A DNA stretch of 44,729 nucleotides from assembly GCA_032718475.1 (NCBI GenBank), contig JAUCBJ010002095.1, forward strand, positions 1 through 44,729, in the 5' to 3' direction. Made by a program: the position numbers and the translations under genes. Below the pieces are notes generated by a model. That model saw only the letters and a list, made by a program, of their open reading frames with translations, was not told the origin of the DNA and did no database searches. The stretch's first letter is position 1. Each line of letters opens with the position of its first letter. Origin of the DNA: Nemertoderma westbladi (taxonomy: Eukaryota; Animalia; Xenacoelomorpha). Positions 10,580-22,099 of this stretch are shown piece after piece.

Positions 10580-12196
10580 ATGACCATCTTAAGCGACTCT
10601 AGTAAATTTAAAGTCGTCACATCTAATGACTGGTTAGTTAACGCACTGAGGACAGAAGATAAGCTACGTGCATTGCTGAACAAACTGAAACCAGTGTGGA
10701 AAATCTCTAAAGTGGACTTAGAAAATTTATACCCTGTGGGTTCACACCCCGGGATTATGTATGGGTTACCGAAAATTCACAAATATGGTTGCCCCACCCG
10801 CCCTATTTTGTCAGCAATCGGTACACCATCGTACAATTTAGCAAAGTATTTAGTGGACAAACTCCAGCCGTACACCACAAATGATTACGCAGTTAGAGAT
10901 ACTTTCACATTTGTGAAAGAAATTACTAACTTACGAAACTTAGATAATTTATTTATGGCTAGTTTCGACATTAAAAGTTTATTCACTAATGTCCCAGTGG
11001 ATGAAACTATATCCATTGTACTTTCCAAATTGTACAGTGACACTGAACTCGTGGATGGCTTAACTCGACGACAGTATAAGAAACTTCTAGAATGTGCCGG
11101 TAAGAACATTGAATTTATTTTCAACGGCCAGAAATATGTCCAAATAGATGGCGTTGCAATGGGTAGCCCTATAGGACCAACTTTTGCAAATGCCTTTCTC
11201 TGCCACCACGAAGAAATCTGGCTACGTAATTGCCCGAACGACATAAAACCACGGTTTTATCGGCGTTATGTGGACGACTCGTTCCTTCTCTTTAGTGACA
11301 AGGACCACTGCGATAAATTTCTCAACTACCTCAATGCTCAACACCGGTGCATTCAATTTACCGTCGAATATGAGTCCAATAAATCTCTGGCGTTTCTAGA
11401 TGTCCTAGTCACTAGACACAGTATAGGTTATTGCACTTCTGTTTATCGGAAACCTACTTTTACTGGTATGTTTACGCAATTTGATAGCCATATCCCTCTC
11501 AAATATAGGATCACACTAATATCAACTCTGGTTTACCGATCATTTATGATCTGCAGTAATTGGACTAAGTTTCATATAGAAATAGGTAAATTACACAATT
11601 TTCTGGTGCTTAATGGTTACCCTAGAAGCACTCTAGGTTGGATTACAGGCTGGGTCACAGTTAAGCTGACCGGGCCCACTAAACCCCCCAAACAAAAGGC
11701 TGATAAGAAACCTGTATTTGTATGTTTACCCTACCTCGGGGAGTTCTCATCTATTTTACTCAGACGTCTGAAAATTATGTCTAGAGCTTATCCTCAGTGC
11801 GATTTCAAGTTTATATTTAAACCAACCAATCGACTTGGAAATTTTTTCCGGTTCAAAGATAGACTACCTCGTGCACTCAGTCCACTGACCATATATAAAT
11901 TCAAGTGTGGTATCTGCGATGATACTTACATCGGTAAAACCGAAAGACATTTTAAGGTCAGAATCTGTGAGCACCTGAGTTTATCACCTCGAACCGGAAA
12001 ATCTGTGGCCCATAGACACTCGGCCGTCCGGGAACATGCAATACTGGCTGATCACCCCTTTTCAATGGAAGACTTTACCCCCCTTGCCCATGCATCTAGC
12101 AATTACGACCTACTTATAAAAGAAAGTTTGCTAATTGGTAGACACAGGCCCACTCTAAATGTACAAGGCACTTCCTCCCCCCTATACTTATACTAG
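10580..12196 (+). CDS. Penelope-like reverse transcriptase with C-terminal GIY-YIG endonuclease (open part of the ORF)
   Basis: RT motifs YGLPKIHK, SFDIKSLFTNVP, GVAMGSPIGPTFAN, RRYVDD and LAFLDV. GIY-YIG motifs IYKFKCGICDDTYIGKTER, R..EH, IKESLLI and TLN. Confidence 0.95.
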   Translation: MTILSDSSKFKVVTSNDWLVNALRTEDKLRALLNKLKPVWKISKVDLENLYPVGSHPGIMYGLPKIHKYGCPTRPILSAIGTPSYNLAKYLVDKLQPYTTNDYAVRDTFTFVKEITNLRNLDNLFMASFDIKSLFTNVPVDETISIVLSKLYSDTELVDGLTRRQYKKLLECAGKNIEFIFNGQKYVQIDGVAMGSPIGPTFANAFLCHHEEIWLRNCPNDIKPRFYRRYVDDSFLLFSDKDHCDKFLNYLNAQHRCIQFTVEYESNKSLAFLDVLVTRHSIGYCTSVYRKPTFTGMFTQFDSHIPLKYRITLISTLVYRSFMICSNWTKFHIEIGKLHNFLVLNGYPRSTLGWITGWVTVKLTGPTKPPKQKADKKPVFVCLPYLGEFSSILLRRLKIMSRAYPQCDFKFIFKPTNRLGNFFRFKDRLPRALSPLTIYKFKCGICDDTYIGKTERHFKVRICEHLSLSPRTGKSVAHRHSAVREHAILADHPFSMEDFTPLAHASSNYDLLIKESLLIGRHRPTLNVQGTSSPLYLY

Positions 12197-12435
12197 CAAA
12201 CATATCCTACTCCACTTTTAATTTCTACCCGCTTTTCTAACCTGCTTCATAAAATTATACTTATTGGAGCCCTACGCAATCGCTCAATGAAATTGTATTC
12301 TACTGTACCTTTAATCTAGCCTGTTATGTCACTCAATTGAAAATTTATAAACTGTTGTACACATTTAGGCGTATTTAGTAAATAGTTATAATTACTGAAT
12401 TTTGAGTTTCTGTCAGTATGTTGTTTTATTTTATT

Positions 12436-12476
12436 TGGCTGATGATGATTATTTTGTAATATATCGAAACGTACCA
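12436..12476 (+). ncRNA. Minimal type I hammerhead ribozyme motif in 3' pLTR
   Basis: TGG-CTGATGA-tGAT(tattttgtaatat)ATC-GAAACGTA-CCA: core CUGAUGA/GAAA, 3-bp stem I (TGG/CCA), palindromic ACGT stem III and a GUA cleavage triplet. Confidence 0.8.
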
Positions 12477-13372
12477 TGGGATTATTTAGTTGTTCGTTAA
12501 TATTGCTTTTCTTTATTATCAGAATTCTTGTATTATTTTTATGTTCATGTCATATTATGATGAAAACTATAACAAGATATAACATTCTATTGTAATAACC
12601 TTGCTGTCCATCCTATAATAGCTAATAACGATATGCTACATTATTATAATCCAATAAAATTTTATGGTATTCAGATATAAGTGTATGTTTACAAATGTAT
12701 AAATTATCATTTTATATAAAAAGATCTGGAATTAATTATTGTGTTGGCAGATGTGTGCAGTTGGAATTGCCTGTTATGATAAGATGTGGCATAAAACATA
12801 TGCAACATCTGATGCAGATAGTCACTAATTCCGCTTTGAATTATTTATTTAGTAATAATTATAAATAAATAATAACTTAATATTTCTTTAACTAATTAAA
12901 CAGATTATTTTTATAGATATAATATTTGGCAAATTACGTTTTTTAAATTAGTTTCAAAGCTCTCGTATGAAAAAAAGTTATATTTAGCGTGAAATCTATT
13001 CGACTTCAACAATAATAATAGTTACATAGCCTTTGACTGAGCCACAGTGAATTATAATCAAATATTTAAAGACTTTGTAAGTAACCCCGCGACAGATAAT
13101 GTAACCAACATTATTGGGACCTGGGAATGAAAATTATTTATGTTTTAAAATATTTTATAAACACGGGAAAACTGTAATTTAACTGAATAATTTACATGTA
13201 CGCGCCTTCAATATTTTGCGCGCCATTACATAGATATGTTTCCTAATGCTGATGTTTACCCCTGGCCTAAGTTCCAAAATTATGCCTATTTGACCCGCTA
13301 CGATGCAATGCACTCGATGAAAGTTCCCGGAAAAACTAATCAAGTTAAAGACCATAGAGACATCCACTAGCC

Positions 13373-13378
13373 TATAAA
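13373..13378 (+). promoter_or_regulatory. Candidate TATA box of the cystinosin-like gene
   Basis: cTATAAAt lies ~75 bp upstream of the ATG at 13450, with a CG-containing patch at 13199-13223. The AT-rich background makes this weak. Confidence 0.25.
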
Positions 13379-13449
13379 TTAGTGGGGAGATAATGAGTTT
13401 GTTGAATATCGTTTAAGATCTACACCTAAAAGTGAAAGTAACTGTAATC

Positions 13450-13962
13450 ATGACATTTAACAAAACGTCACGAAATGTATTTCTCCTCTTGTTATTATTC
13501 ATAACTGAAAGAACAGAATCCTCATGTGATGACACCACTTTAGTTGTGACAGTCGACTCTTTGACAATAGTTGTAGGAGAGACTACGAATACCAGTGTAT
13601 CCCCGAACAGAGCTGGAGATACCTGCAACATCGAAATAAACGTAACGAGCACCAACCCTTCAATATGTCAGTCTTATTCAGCAATTTCAACTAATATTAG
13701 CATAGATATAATTCCAGTACATGGAGTGAATGCCGGAGCGTGCAGTCTGTTACTGGAGGCTAATCGACTGTTCTGGAACGGCCTTAATCAGTTGACTGTT
13801 AATGTTGATGTAGTCCGCAGTTCATTGGTTAATTGGTTTTCTATTGTGATTGGTTGGAGCTATATGGCTGTATGGGCTGCCTGTGAGTATCCCCAGATAT
13901 GGACCAATTACAGGAGGAAGAGTGTCACAGGGTTGAGTTTGGATTACATTGTATTACACTTG
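13450..13962 (+). CDS. CTNS: Cystinosin-like PQ-loop transporter, exon 1
   Basis: First ATG at 13450, hydrophobic signal peptide, luminal domain with N-x-S/T sites, then VVRSS..IGWSY..W....YPQ...NYRRKSVTGLSLDY. Phase-0 donor TTG|GTAAGA at 13963. The symbol marks family membership; this is probably a divergent paralog. Confidence 0.9.
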
Positions 13963-14798
13963 GTAAGATTTGTTTATTTTTTCTAATAATTAAAATAAAA
14001 ACATGAAGTAATTGTCATATTATTTAATTAGCAAGTAACCGTTTCAACAGCTTATAATAACCATGTTGGATGAATCATTGGTAAAATGTCAAACAGTGAC
14101 TGTTGCAGATATAATAATTGAGCTAAAATTTAATACAGTCAAAATACATGATTATTGGGTTTAAATTTTAGTTCGATTTCAACATGCAATACGATGTTGG
14201 CTAACACTGTTACTCACACTGGTGATACAAATAATTCTTCAAGTTGTATTCAGAAATTTTGGTAATTCGATTTTTAGTGTAAATAATTACAGTTCATTTA
14301 TCAAGATAAATTTGCGAGAGATGTAAAATTACGTTGCCCAATATATTTATTATTATAATTGCCGAATTTGCATTGCATTGCAAAATTAACTTCCTTTGGT
14401 TGTAAACGCTAGACCGACATCCGACAGCTAACAACCGACAATTTTCATTACGAACAAAACTGAAACTGTAACATGCCACTGTGAGGTGCTCATTTCCTTT
14501 AATGTTACTAATCGTTGATATAATCGATGTCTATATTATATAAGAGCAAATGGGCTTTATTTACAAAGGTTCTAAGGTTCATAACATTTGCACAATGTCT
14601 CTGCTGAATAGAACACATATATTAATAAATTGTTGATGTTGAGTGGGTGAGTTATAGACCCATAAAGACGCTGTGGTTTTGATACTTAAGGGTAAACCTA
14701 ATAATTACCCAATACTTATTTTGAAATTGAAATAACAATGTCATTAATGTATGGAATTGATCAAATATTATAACTTACATATTTTTTTACATTAACAG

Positions 14799-15431
14799 GC
14801 TGGGTTCTGCTGCTACTCGCTATACAACATCGGTATGTATTACATACCGGAAGTAAACAAGGAGTACCAATACTTATACCCTTCCAGTACCAATCCAGTT
14901 CATCTAAACGATTTGGTATTCGCTTTACACAACCTATGCGCCGCTTTAATTGAGGCTATTCAATGTGTAGTCTACGACAGAGGATCTCAGAGAGTCAATA
15001 GGATAACTGTAGCGTTACTGGTCCTTGTCTGTTTCATTATAGGCCTACTCACGGTCCTGTCATTGAGTCAGGTACTGTGGTGGCTGTATTTCATTACGTT
15101 GGTTTCTTACATCAAAGTGATTTTGACATTGATTAAATACTTTCCTCAGATGTACACTAACTACAGAAAAAAATCTACCATTGGTGTGAGCATATGGAGG
15201 GTTATCTTAGATTTTATTGGGGGTTCCTTAAGTGTCACACAGATGATCCTACTCTCGGCTAATGGTGATAATTGGATATCAATATTAACTAATTTTACGA
15301 AGTTTTCACTGGGGTTGGTCTGCATATGCACAAACTGTGTTCTAATTGTACAACATTATTGTTTATATTTCTCTGCAAGAAACTCTGAAGAATCTATTAA
15401 TATTCTTAGGAAAAGGAAAAACAGTAAATAA
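14799..15431 (+). CDS. CTNS: Cystinosin-like PQ-loop transporter, exon 2
   Basis: Acceptor ttttttacattaacAG|GCT. It continues in frame as AGFCCYSLYNIG, then NPVHLNDLVFALH, YDRGSQRV, SYIK...KYFPQ, LDFIGG, TKF.LG and QHYCLY. The spliced protein is 381 aa. The stop lies within AATAAA. Confidence 0.92.
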   Translation, partial: AGFCCYSLYNIGMYYIPEVNKEYQYLYPSSTNPVHLNDLVFALHNLCAALIEAIQCVVYDRGSQRVNRITVALLVLVCFIIGLLTVLSLSQVLWWLYFITLVSYIKVILTLIKYFPQMYTNYRKKSTIGVSIWRVILDFIGGSLSVTQMILLSANGDNWISILTNFTKFSLGLVCICTNCVLIVQHYCLYFSARNSEESINILRKRKNSK

Positions 15432-15827
15432 AACTAACTATATGTATAATTGTATATCGCGCTGATTCAAGTTTCATAGTGCTATTGCAAGTTATAGAAC
15501 TAATTACAAATTGATTAAACAGCCTAATCAGCAATTCTAAAGTGAGTCAAGATCTCAAATCAAAAGTTTACGAACGATAAGATAAAGCTTTCCAACCGGT
15601 TTTAAAGGGAACATTAAACTACATGAGCGCAAAAAATTGTTGGCCTATAAACGTTTGGATAAGGAGTAACAAGGTGCCTTGAATCGAGTGGCGGTGTGTT
15701 TTTAGGTCAGCGTAGCGAGACCGAAAGTATTCACTCAGTTGTTGTTATTAATTTCCAGTTAGGTTTTAATAAGGTTTCATATTGTTTTTTTTATTTTACA
15801 AAATATGCTTTATTTTACTCTTAAATT

Positions 15828-16106
15828 CGCCCATGTGAAGAATACCAGGATTTCACTTTTCGGTCGACTTTTTATTGGAATTTTATATATGAAGATTTTT
15901 TATTTTTTTTTAATTTATCTTTATTAAGTGTTTTATAGAGCTTATTTCTGTCTTATAACCTGTACATATACTAATTCGTTTATTGTTTTGGTTAGATTCA
16001 GCCCTTCTGTAACCTGTGGTTTTGGTGAAAACCTGGTATTCTTCACATGGAGGTAACTGCAAAGTGAAATATAACGGCAGAAAGTCTGGTATTCTTCACA
16101 TGGGCC
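15828..16106. mobile_element. 279-bp MITE with 20-bp TIRs and 8-bp TSD
   Basis: GCCCATGTGAAGAATACCAG (15829-15848) is perfectly inverted at 16086-16105, with a third internal copy near 16032. cttaaatt flanks both sides (15820-15827 and 16107-16114). Confidence 0.75.
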
Positions 16107-16164
16107 CTTAAATTTATTAAGAGGCCTTAACTATTCATTAATATTTCATTATATAACTCCTTAA

Positions 16165-16760
16165 CCCTTAAACTGGTGAGGGTTTTTCTAAAACGCCATC
16201 TCCACTTGGTGAAAACTCAAAAATGAGTTTTGCGATTGTTAGTTCTACTTGGTGGGAATTTTTGATGAAATCTATCACCAAGTGTCACCACAATCACAAA
16301 GTGTGTGTATTATACATCTGTGCACTATACCATCGATCGTTTCGAAATCTACCAAACGAGAAGGAACATCTGGGCAGAATCAGAATTAGATGTTGAAATG
16401 AGTGACTTTGAATAGCTGATCGGATGAAAATTACATGTTTACTTATATTTTTACTGATATGGCAATGGTATTATACTTATTGTATGTGCCACTTCCAGAA
16501 AGTTAGGAATAATTTTCAAGTCATTCTTTTTAGGTATTCCAAACTGATATAATTCCGCATTCAATTCATAACTTTACATAAAATTTTTTTAAACTTTATC
16601 AAGTAGAAGAAAAACTCTTACCAAGGAGGAATAGCAGAAAAATATAACCTCTACCAAGTCAGGACGAATGCTCCTAAACTCATATGAGTTTTCACCAAGG
16701 CAAACACTTCTTCTTAAAAAAGACCCACCATGTGGAATTGGAACTCCCAAATAATATTAA
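16165..16760. mobile_element. Possible piggyBac-like relic (one end only)
   Basis: TTAA followed by CCCTT at 16161-16169 and repeated accaag/cttggt motifs. No matching right TIR was found. Confidence 0.3.
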
Positions 16761-17118
16761 TATTTCAGCTATGTAGGCATACATTACAACCAATTTAGTG
16801 TTTAGCTATTTCAGTATAATGTTTTGCAAAAAAAGTGTCACAACATATTAAGAAGATTTACCATGCTTTGGTACAGCTTTGATTGAAATGGATACAATTA
16901 ATTATGGTAAGCGTCGTGGCTGCCTACATTTCAGTATGGATGTAAAAATTAATGAGTAAATTACTTTACAACTGATGGTAACACAGTTTACAGTAAACAG
17001 GTTACAGGGAACCGAACAACAACCAAGAATGTGAAAATTGAGTGCGTGGAGGACTGTATAGTGAATTGTGGATAAATTGAAAAGAAAATGGTAGCTACAA
17101 ACTTCTAATAACCTTTAA

Positions 17119-18685
17119 CCCTATTAAACCCGGGGGGGGGGGGGGGGGTCAATATGACCCCTCCCGTGGTTTTTTTATTATAATTCTGAAACAAACGCAG
17201 TTGGGAATCTGAAATTTTATGACTTTTCCTAAAAATCTATTGTCTTCCTAGTAGTGAAAACCGTTTTCAAAAATATTGGGTACTTTTCGAGTTATAGCAC
17301 CATTATTTAACCCTACTTTTGGCACTTTTTTTGAGACGTTTTTTGAAAATTACATTTCATTAAATATGAATTGTAACATCTCTATTTTTGATTTACACCG
17401 GTTTTTTGGTGTTAGAAATTTGATGGAATTCATATAAATTGATTTAGAAATTTCAAACTTGTTTTTTTCGGTGGGTGCCAAATTTTGGTGCCAGCACCAA
17501 ATTTTGAAATAAGTAAATTTTGTAAATTGATAGTTTGAAACTTGTTTTTTACGCAATTGGGGTTTTTTGGGTTTCTGGATTCGATGAAATATATACGAGT
17601 TGCACCAAGCGTATCAAACTTGTATTTTTCGGTGCTGTGTGCAAATTTTGGTCCTAGCACGAAATTTTGAAAATCCATTCAATAGATAAAATTGCTTGTG
17701 ACAATTAATTTCTTGCGTTTTAGAGGTTTATGGCTGTTCTGAATTCAATGGAAAATATAATTATCGAACTAGACATCTCAAACTTGTATTTTTCGGATGT
17801 GGGTGCAAAATGTGGTGCTAGCACCAAAATTTGAAAACCATCAAATATATCAATTGATTGTGTCACCTTGTTTCTTGCGTTATACGGGTTTGTGATGGTT
17901 CTGAATTCAATGGAATCAGTAAAAATTTCATAAGAGTTCTCAAACTTGTATTTTTCGTCGGTGGGTGAAAATTGTTGTGCCAGCACCAAATTTTGGAAAT
18001 TATGCAAATTGATAAGTAGATAGTATCACCTTGTTTCTTGCGTTATACGGATTTATGAGGGTCCTGAATCCGATGGAATCAATAAAAACAGCACTGGACA
18101 TCGCAAACTTGTACTTTTTGGTGATGGGTACGAAATTTGGTGCTAGCACCAAAATTTGCCAAATTACGCCGAAAAATACAAGTAGCATTGATCTGGCAGA
18201 TTAGAAATGTATTCCATTAGAATCAGCGCCCTCGAAAACCTGAAAATGTGAATTTATAGCATCGTATAAGTGAATTAAAAATTTTGTGTTTTAACTGAAA
18301 AGTGCTGGTTACTTGTTTTTTTCATTTTTTTCCTACACAGAGAGGACTAAACAGCCATTTATAGTAATCATATCATTTTTTAATATTTTCCAATGTATTT
18401 TGCACCCCAGAAAACCTGTATTGAAAAATAATTAGCCGAAAATGTAACTTTCAAATTTGGTGAAAATTGTGCACTACTTGTAATTTTGGTGCTGCAATAT
18501 AACCATCCCAGTACATTTTTTCGAAAATTTTTTTTTTCGGTCGGATCCAGACAAGTGATACCTACTTACAAACAAAAAATCAGACGTTTTCGTAAATATT
18601 TGTAGATTTTAGAGGGGGGGGTCAATATGACCCCCTCCCCCCCCCCGGTATTTGTACAACATTTTATAGCCCGGTACTAATAGGG
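17119..18685. mobile_element. Non-autonomous piggyBac-like element, copy 1
   Basis: TTAA on both sides (17115-17118 and 18686-18689). TIRs CCCTATTAAACCCGGG / CCCGGTACTAATAGGG. Subterminal GGGGTCAATATGACCCC palindromes and internal ~140-bp subrepeats (caaacttgt...tttggtgctagcaccaaa). No transposase. Confidence 0.85.
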
Positions 18686-19059
18686 TTAATGATAATCTTT
18701 ATCTTAATTGAATAACCTATATATATTTACTTTACAATACTGCCGGCAAACCTCCAAGATTAACATATGTTTCAACTTCTTTCAACAGTTTACAATATTG
18801 GCAAGCTAATATACTTACTTGTATCTTATATTGGATATTAGCTATGGCCTAAGTATAATTTATGACAGACTGCTCGTTTAAACGATTCGTGCCATTTCAT
18901 TGTCTGTTCGAAAGTAATTAGCCAGATGAGATCCATATGATGATAGATCTCAGTTATCATTCACAAAACTGAATATCCCATCAAAAGCCCAAAATACACC
19001 GACCATATTTTTATAATTAATCTCAAAGTGCATTCATCCGAAATTAAAATTAGCAGGTT

Positions 19060-19178
19060 ATATCATTGTAACTTTAGTTGGGCACAGATTTGCCAAGTCC
19101 ACAATCACGTCCAGGTGGGATCGAACAGGTCATATCCGGGTTGGAAGTCTGACGCTCCATCCAGTCAGCTATCGGCTC
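19060..19178 (-). mobile_element. tRNA-derived SINE-like fragment
   Basis: Minus strand has an A-box-like TAGCTGACTGG and a B-box-like TGTTCGATCCC. Its body recurs in the opposite orientation at ~19315-19400 and ~19485-19560. Confidence 0.5.
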
Positions 19179-22099
19179 AGGCAAAATGTAGACCTGGAAA
19201 TACTACCTGATACCTTGTATGTCCGCAATTTATGTCCTCATGGCCTCCCACCTGTTAATACCATCATATGCTGCCACTGTGATAAATCATTCTGTACTTG
19301 GCCATGGAGGTCTCCAGTTAGATCACACCTGGACGTCATTGCTGACTTTGCAAAAGATGTGCCCAACGAAAAGTTATAATATGATACCACTCATTCACCC
19401 ATAAAACCAATAATAATAAATTATAAATATACCGGTCGCATTTCTCTATGGGTGTAGATGTCCTGCTTAAATTACTAGTTAATCAGCTGACTTTGCAAAG
19501 CTGTGCCCAACTAAAGTTATTATTATAGTGTTATAATAATATGAAACCACTCATTCACCCAAAACACCAATAATAGGCATCACAGACAGAAATCAGGTAA
19601 ATCATGACCTGTTAACACCAATTATGATGAATCAACAAGAATACTCCGAGTGGTTCCAATATAAGGAGACCCACTTTTTATAAACGGATAGGGTCCACAA
19701 GGTAGTTTAATGGACTAGGATTTGACGTGGCAGAGATTAATAAAAAAAAATCATTGCCTGTGGAAGGCATTTCCTCACCCAGCAATCATAGTGGCCAATG
19801 AGTCAAGAGAGTCCAATGATCCCAAGTGAAACAGGTCCTAAAAACCACCCCAAACCAACTTGAACAATATGAACAGCAATGTATATACTTAAATTTGTAT
19901 ATTTACTTCAACATGTACACAAAAGTACAATTGTTGATTGTAAAATAGTGATATAAGGCAATCTTATCAGTAATTACAAGGGAAACTGCAGAATCATCTA
20001 TTTCGACATTTTATTGCCTTGACATTGCATCTGGACCTAATTGTTTCTTTCTTGTTGTGTAATGCTATTCGATATCTTTGTAAAGGCTTTTGCGGAATTA
20101 GCTGGTTATTTTTCCCGCAAAGTACTCTGTAGGTGTTTTAGCGGACATAAAAAGCCGTTTCCTTACTGTACCGGTGTTTTAGTGGACATAAAAAGCCATT
20201 TCTTCTGTATGTGTACTTTAGCGGACATAACTAGCGATTTTATGTCGCAATACACCAAAATAATCTTGATACAGTGTAAGTTCAGATGACGACATCTATC
20301 AGCTGATATGTCCACGTGTAACTTTTTCTTTGTTCTTTGTTCGGTCGACCAATCAGAGCGATTTTCATTTTATTTGTACAGAAACCTCCGGGAAATCGCG
20401 CAATGCGTTATGGTTTATGTTTACCTTTTTTCCTGATGCCAGAACATCGGCTGTGGAATTATTCTGTGTTTCAGACTTTAGCCAAACATTAGAACGGCTT
20501 TGATCATAGAAACGTATAACTGTTATCAAATCAATCAAATCGCACCTCATATCACAAACCGAACTGGTCAGACTCAAATGCTATACATACCTTTCACCGC
20601 ATTGTTTTACTGCTATTTACTGTCGGTTATTAATTGTATCAGTTGATGGAATATTGTTATATTTGGAGAATATCGATAAATAACCATAAAACCCCAATCT
20701 TCTTGATATACTGAAGGTTAGAGAGACCGGTTACATATAGCAATTGCGACTTACATTATAGTGGTTTTGGAGTGAATTGAATGCTATTTCATAGGCCCTA
20801 CATGTGTCGGTTGCTGTTCTCCTTATATATGATTAAAATTAGTGAAGGTCGGCAGATCGGTGTGCAGCATTGTGCGGTAGTGTGCATGAGTGTGATAAAT
20901 AACAAAGCATCTCCTAAAGAATGCGCTTTATACGTGAATCATTAGCCATCCTGTTGTGTTTAGTGTAAGTCATAACTCTGTTTACATACTTAGAGCGCCA
21001 CGTCCTAAAGGAACTGTTAATATTTCCCGAAAGTGAATAATATTTGTCAGAGATTATATATTAACGATCAATCGAATAATACAGTAGGCCTACACCGCAA
21101 TAAGGTCAGAGCTTCCGAATCCAGTCTCCCGGGTAAATCCAGCGGGTGAATGGTCGCGCATAGGCTGGCTTCGGCTAATGTAGTTTTATGTGTATCAAAT
21201 ACTCGTCATAGGCTAAAGTCGATTTATAACCTAGAAGACACATAAATTTGGCAGGTTAAACTGCTAAAGGTCTAAAAGCGCGAACAGTCTTTATGGACTC
21301 ATCGAATTATAGACACTGAATTAACTTCCAATCTTGTAATATTTTAATAGCCTTATGGTTAGTTTTTACATAACAGCACGAAATATGTGGTAATTATAGT
21401 TAACTGCTAATAAGTCCCTGTTCAATAGGCACATATGTGGACTCTGCTGCAGATGTAAATATCGATCCTGCAGATACATCCATTAATGCAGCATGATGGT
21501 TTAACAACCAATGAATGCTTTTGCATTAAGACGAAACGTACACCTTCTTCAGACCAGTTAGGTGCCAAACAAGTCATCCATTCTTTATCAAACATATATT
21601 ACCATCTTCTACATTTTCAAATATAATATTGAAGTTGGCTACTATACTGCAACTACAGAATAAATTACACCAAGCAAAGCACACCTCCATTCTCATTTGT
21701 CTTTGTTTAAACCTACCATCACCTGATCTGGCCTTGCTCAAAATCCACATTTATCAATTAGATTGACTTGATGGCTTACATAGTTGTGTTGTTAACATAT
21801 TTTAGCACCTGCTGCTCCATGCTCATTTGTAATTACTAACTGGGTGAGCCTACCTTGTTCCTCAGCTTTGGTCTTGGACAAGACATTCTTAAGTGGCAAT
21901 ATAATATTTTGCATCCGTTATCTTTTCTTGAGTCTTTGCTGACTCTCTAATGCACATAATTGGCATTGTTTGATAACTGACAGGCAATGCTCTGTTTTGC
22001 CTGATAATTTTGAGAAATTATCTGGCGGGCTCACAAATAACACAATATGCTCACAGTTACTATACTCACAAATAATCCCATTGTGGTCATTAATGTCAC

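Larger units (their letters stand above)
9304..12512 (+). mobile_element. Penelope-like element (Penelope/Poseidon type) with 5' inverted pseudo-LTR
   Basis: RT + GIY-YIG ORF. 9347-9698 is a near-identical inverted copy of 12162-12513, with a 43-bp extra tail at 9304-9346. Candidate 10-bp TSD ttattatcag at 9294-9303 and 12513-12522. Confidence 0.93.

Noticed and set aside
13432-13449. ORF-track start at 13432 for the cystinosin-like gene
   Set aside because: It is a GTG. The first in-frame ATG is 13450 and directly precedes the signal peptide.
17350-18188. Short minus-strand ORFs here and at 27293-27972
   Set aside because: They are translations of MITE internal subrepeats with no transposase motifs.
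20280-21150. Possible promoter or first exon (CCAAT, TATCGATA at 20671, CpG-richer patch)
   Set aside because: No associated coding exons were identified and short motifs are expected by chance; it may be transposon-derived.
21520-21560. Hammerhead-like words GAAACGTA (+) and CTGAAGA (-)
   Set aside because: The two core boxes are on opposite strands and do not assemble into one fold.
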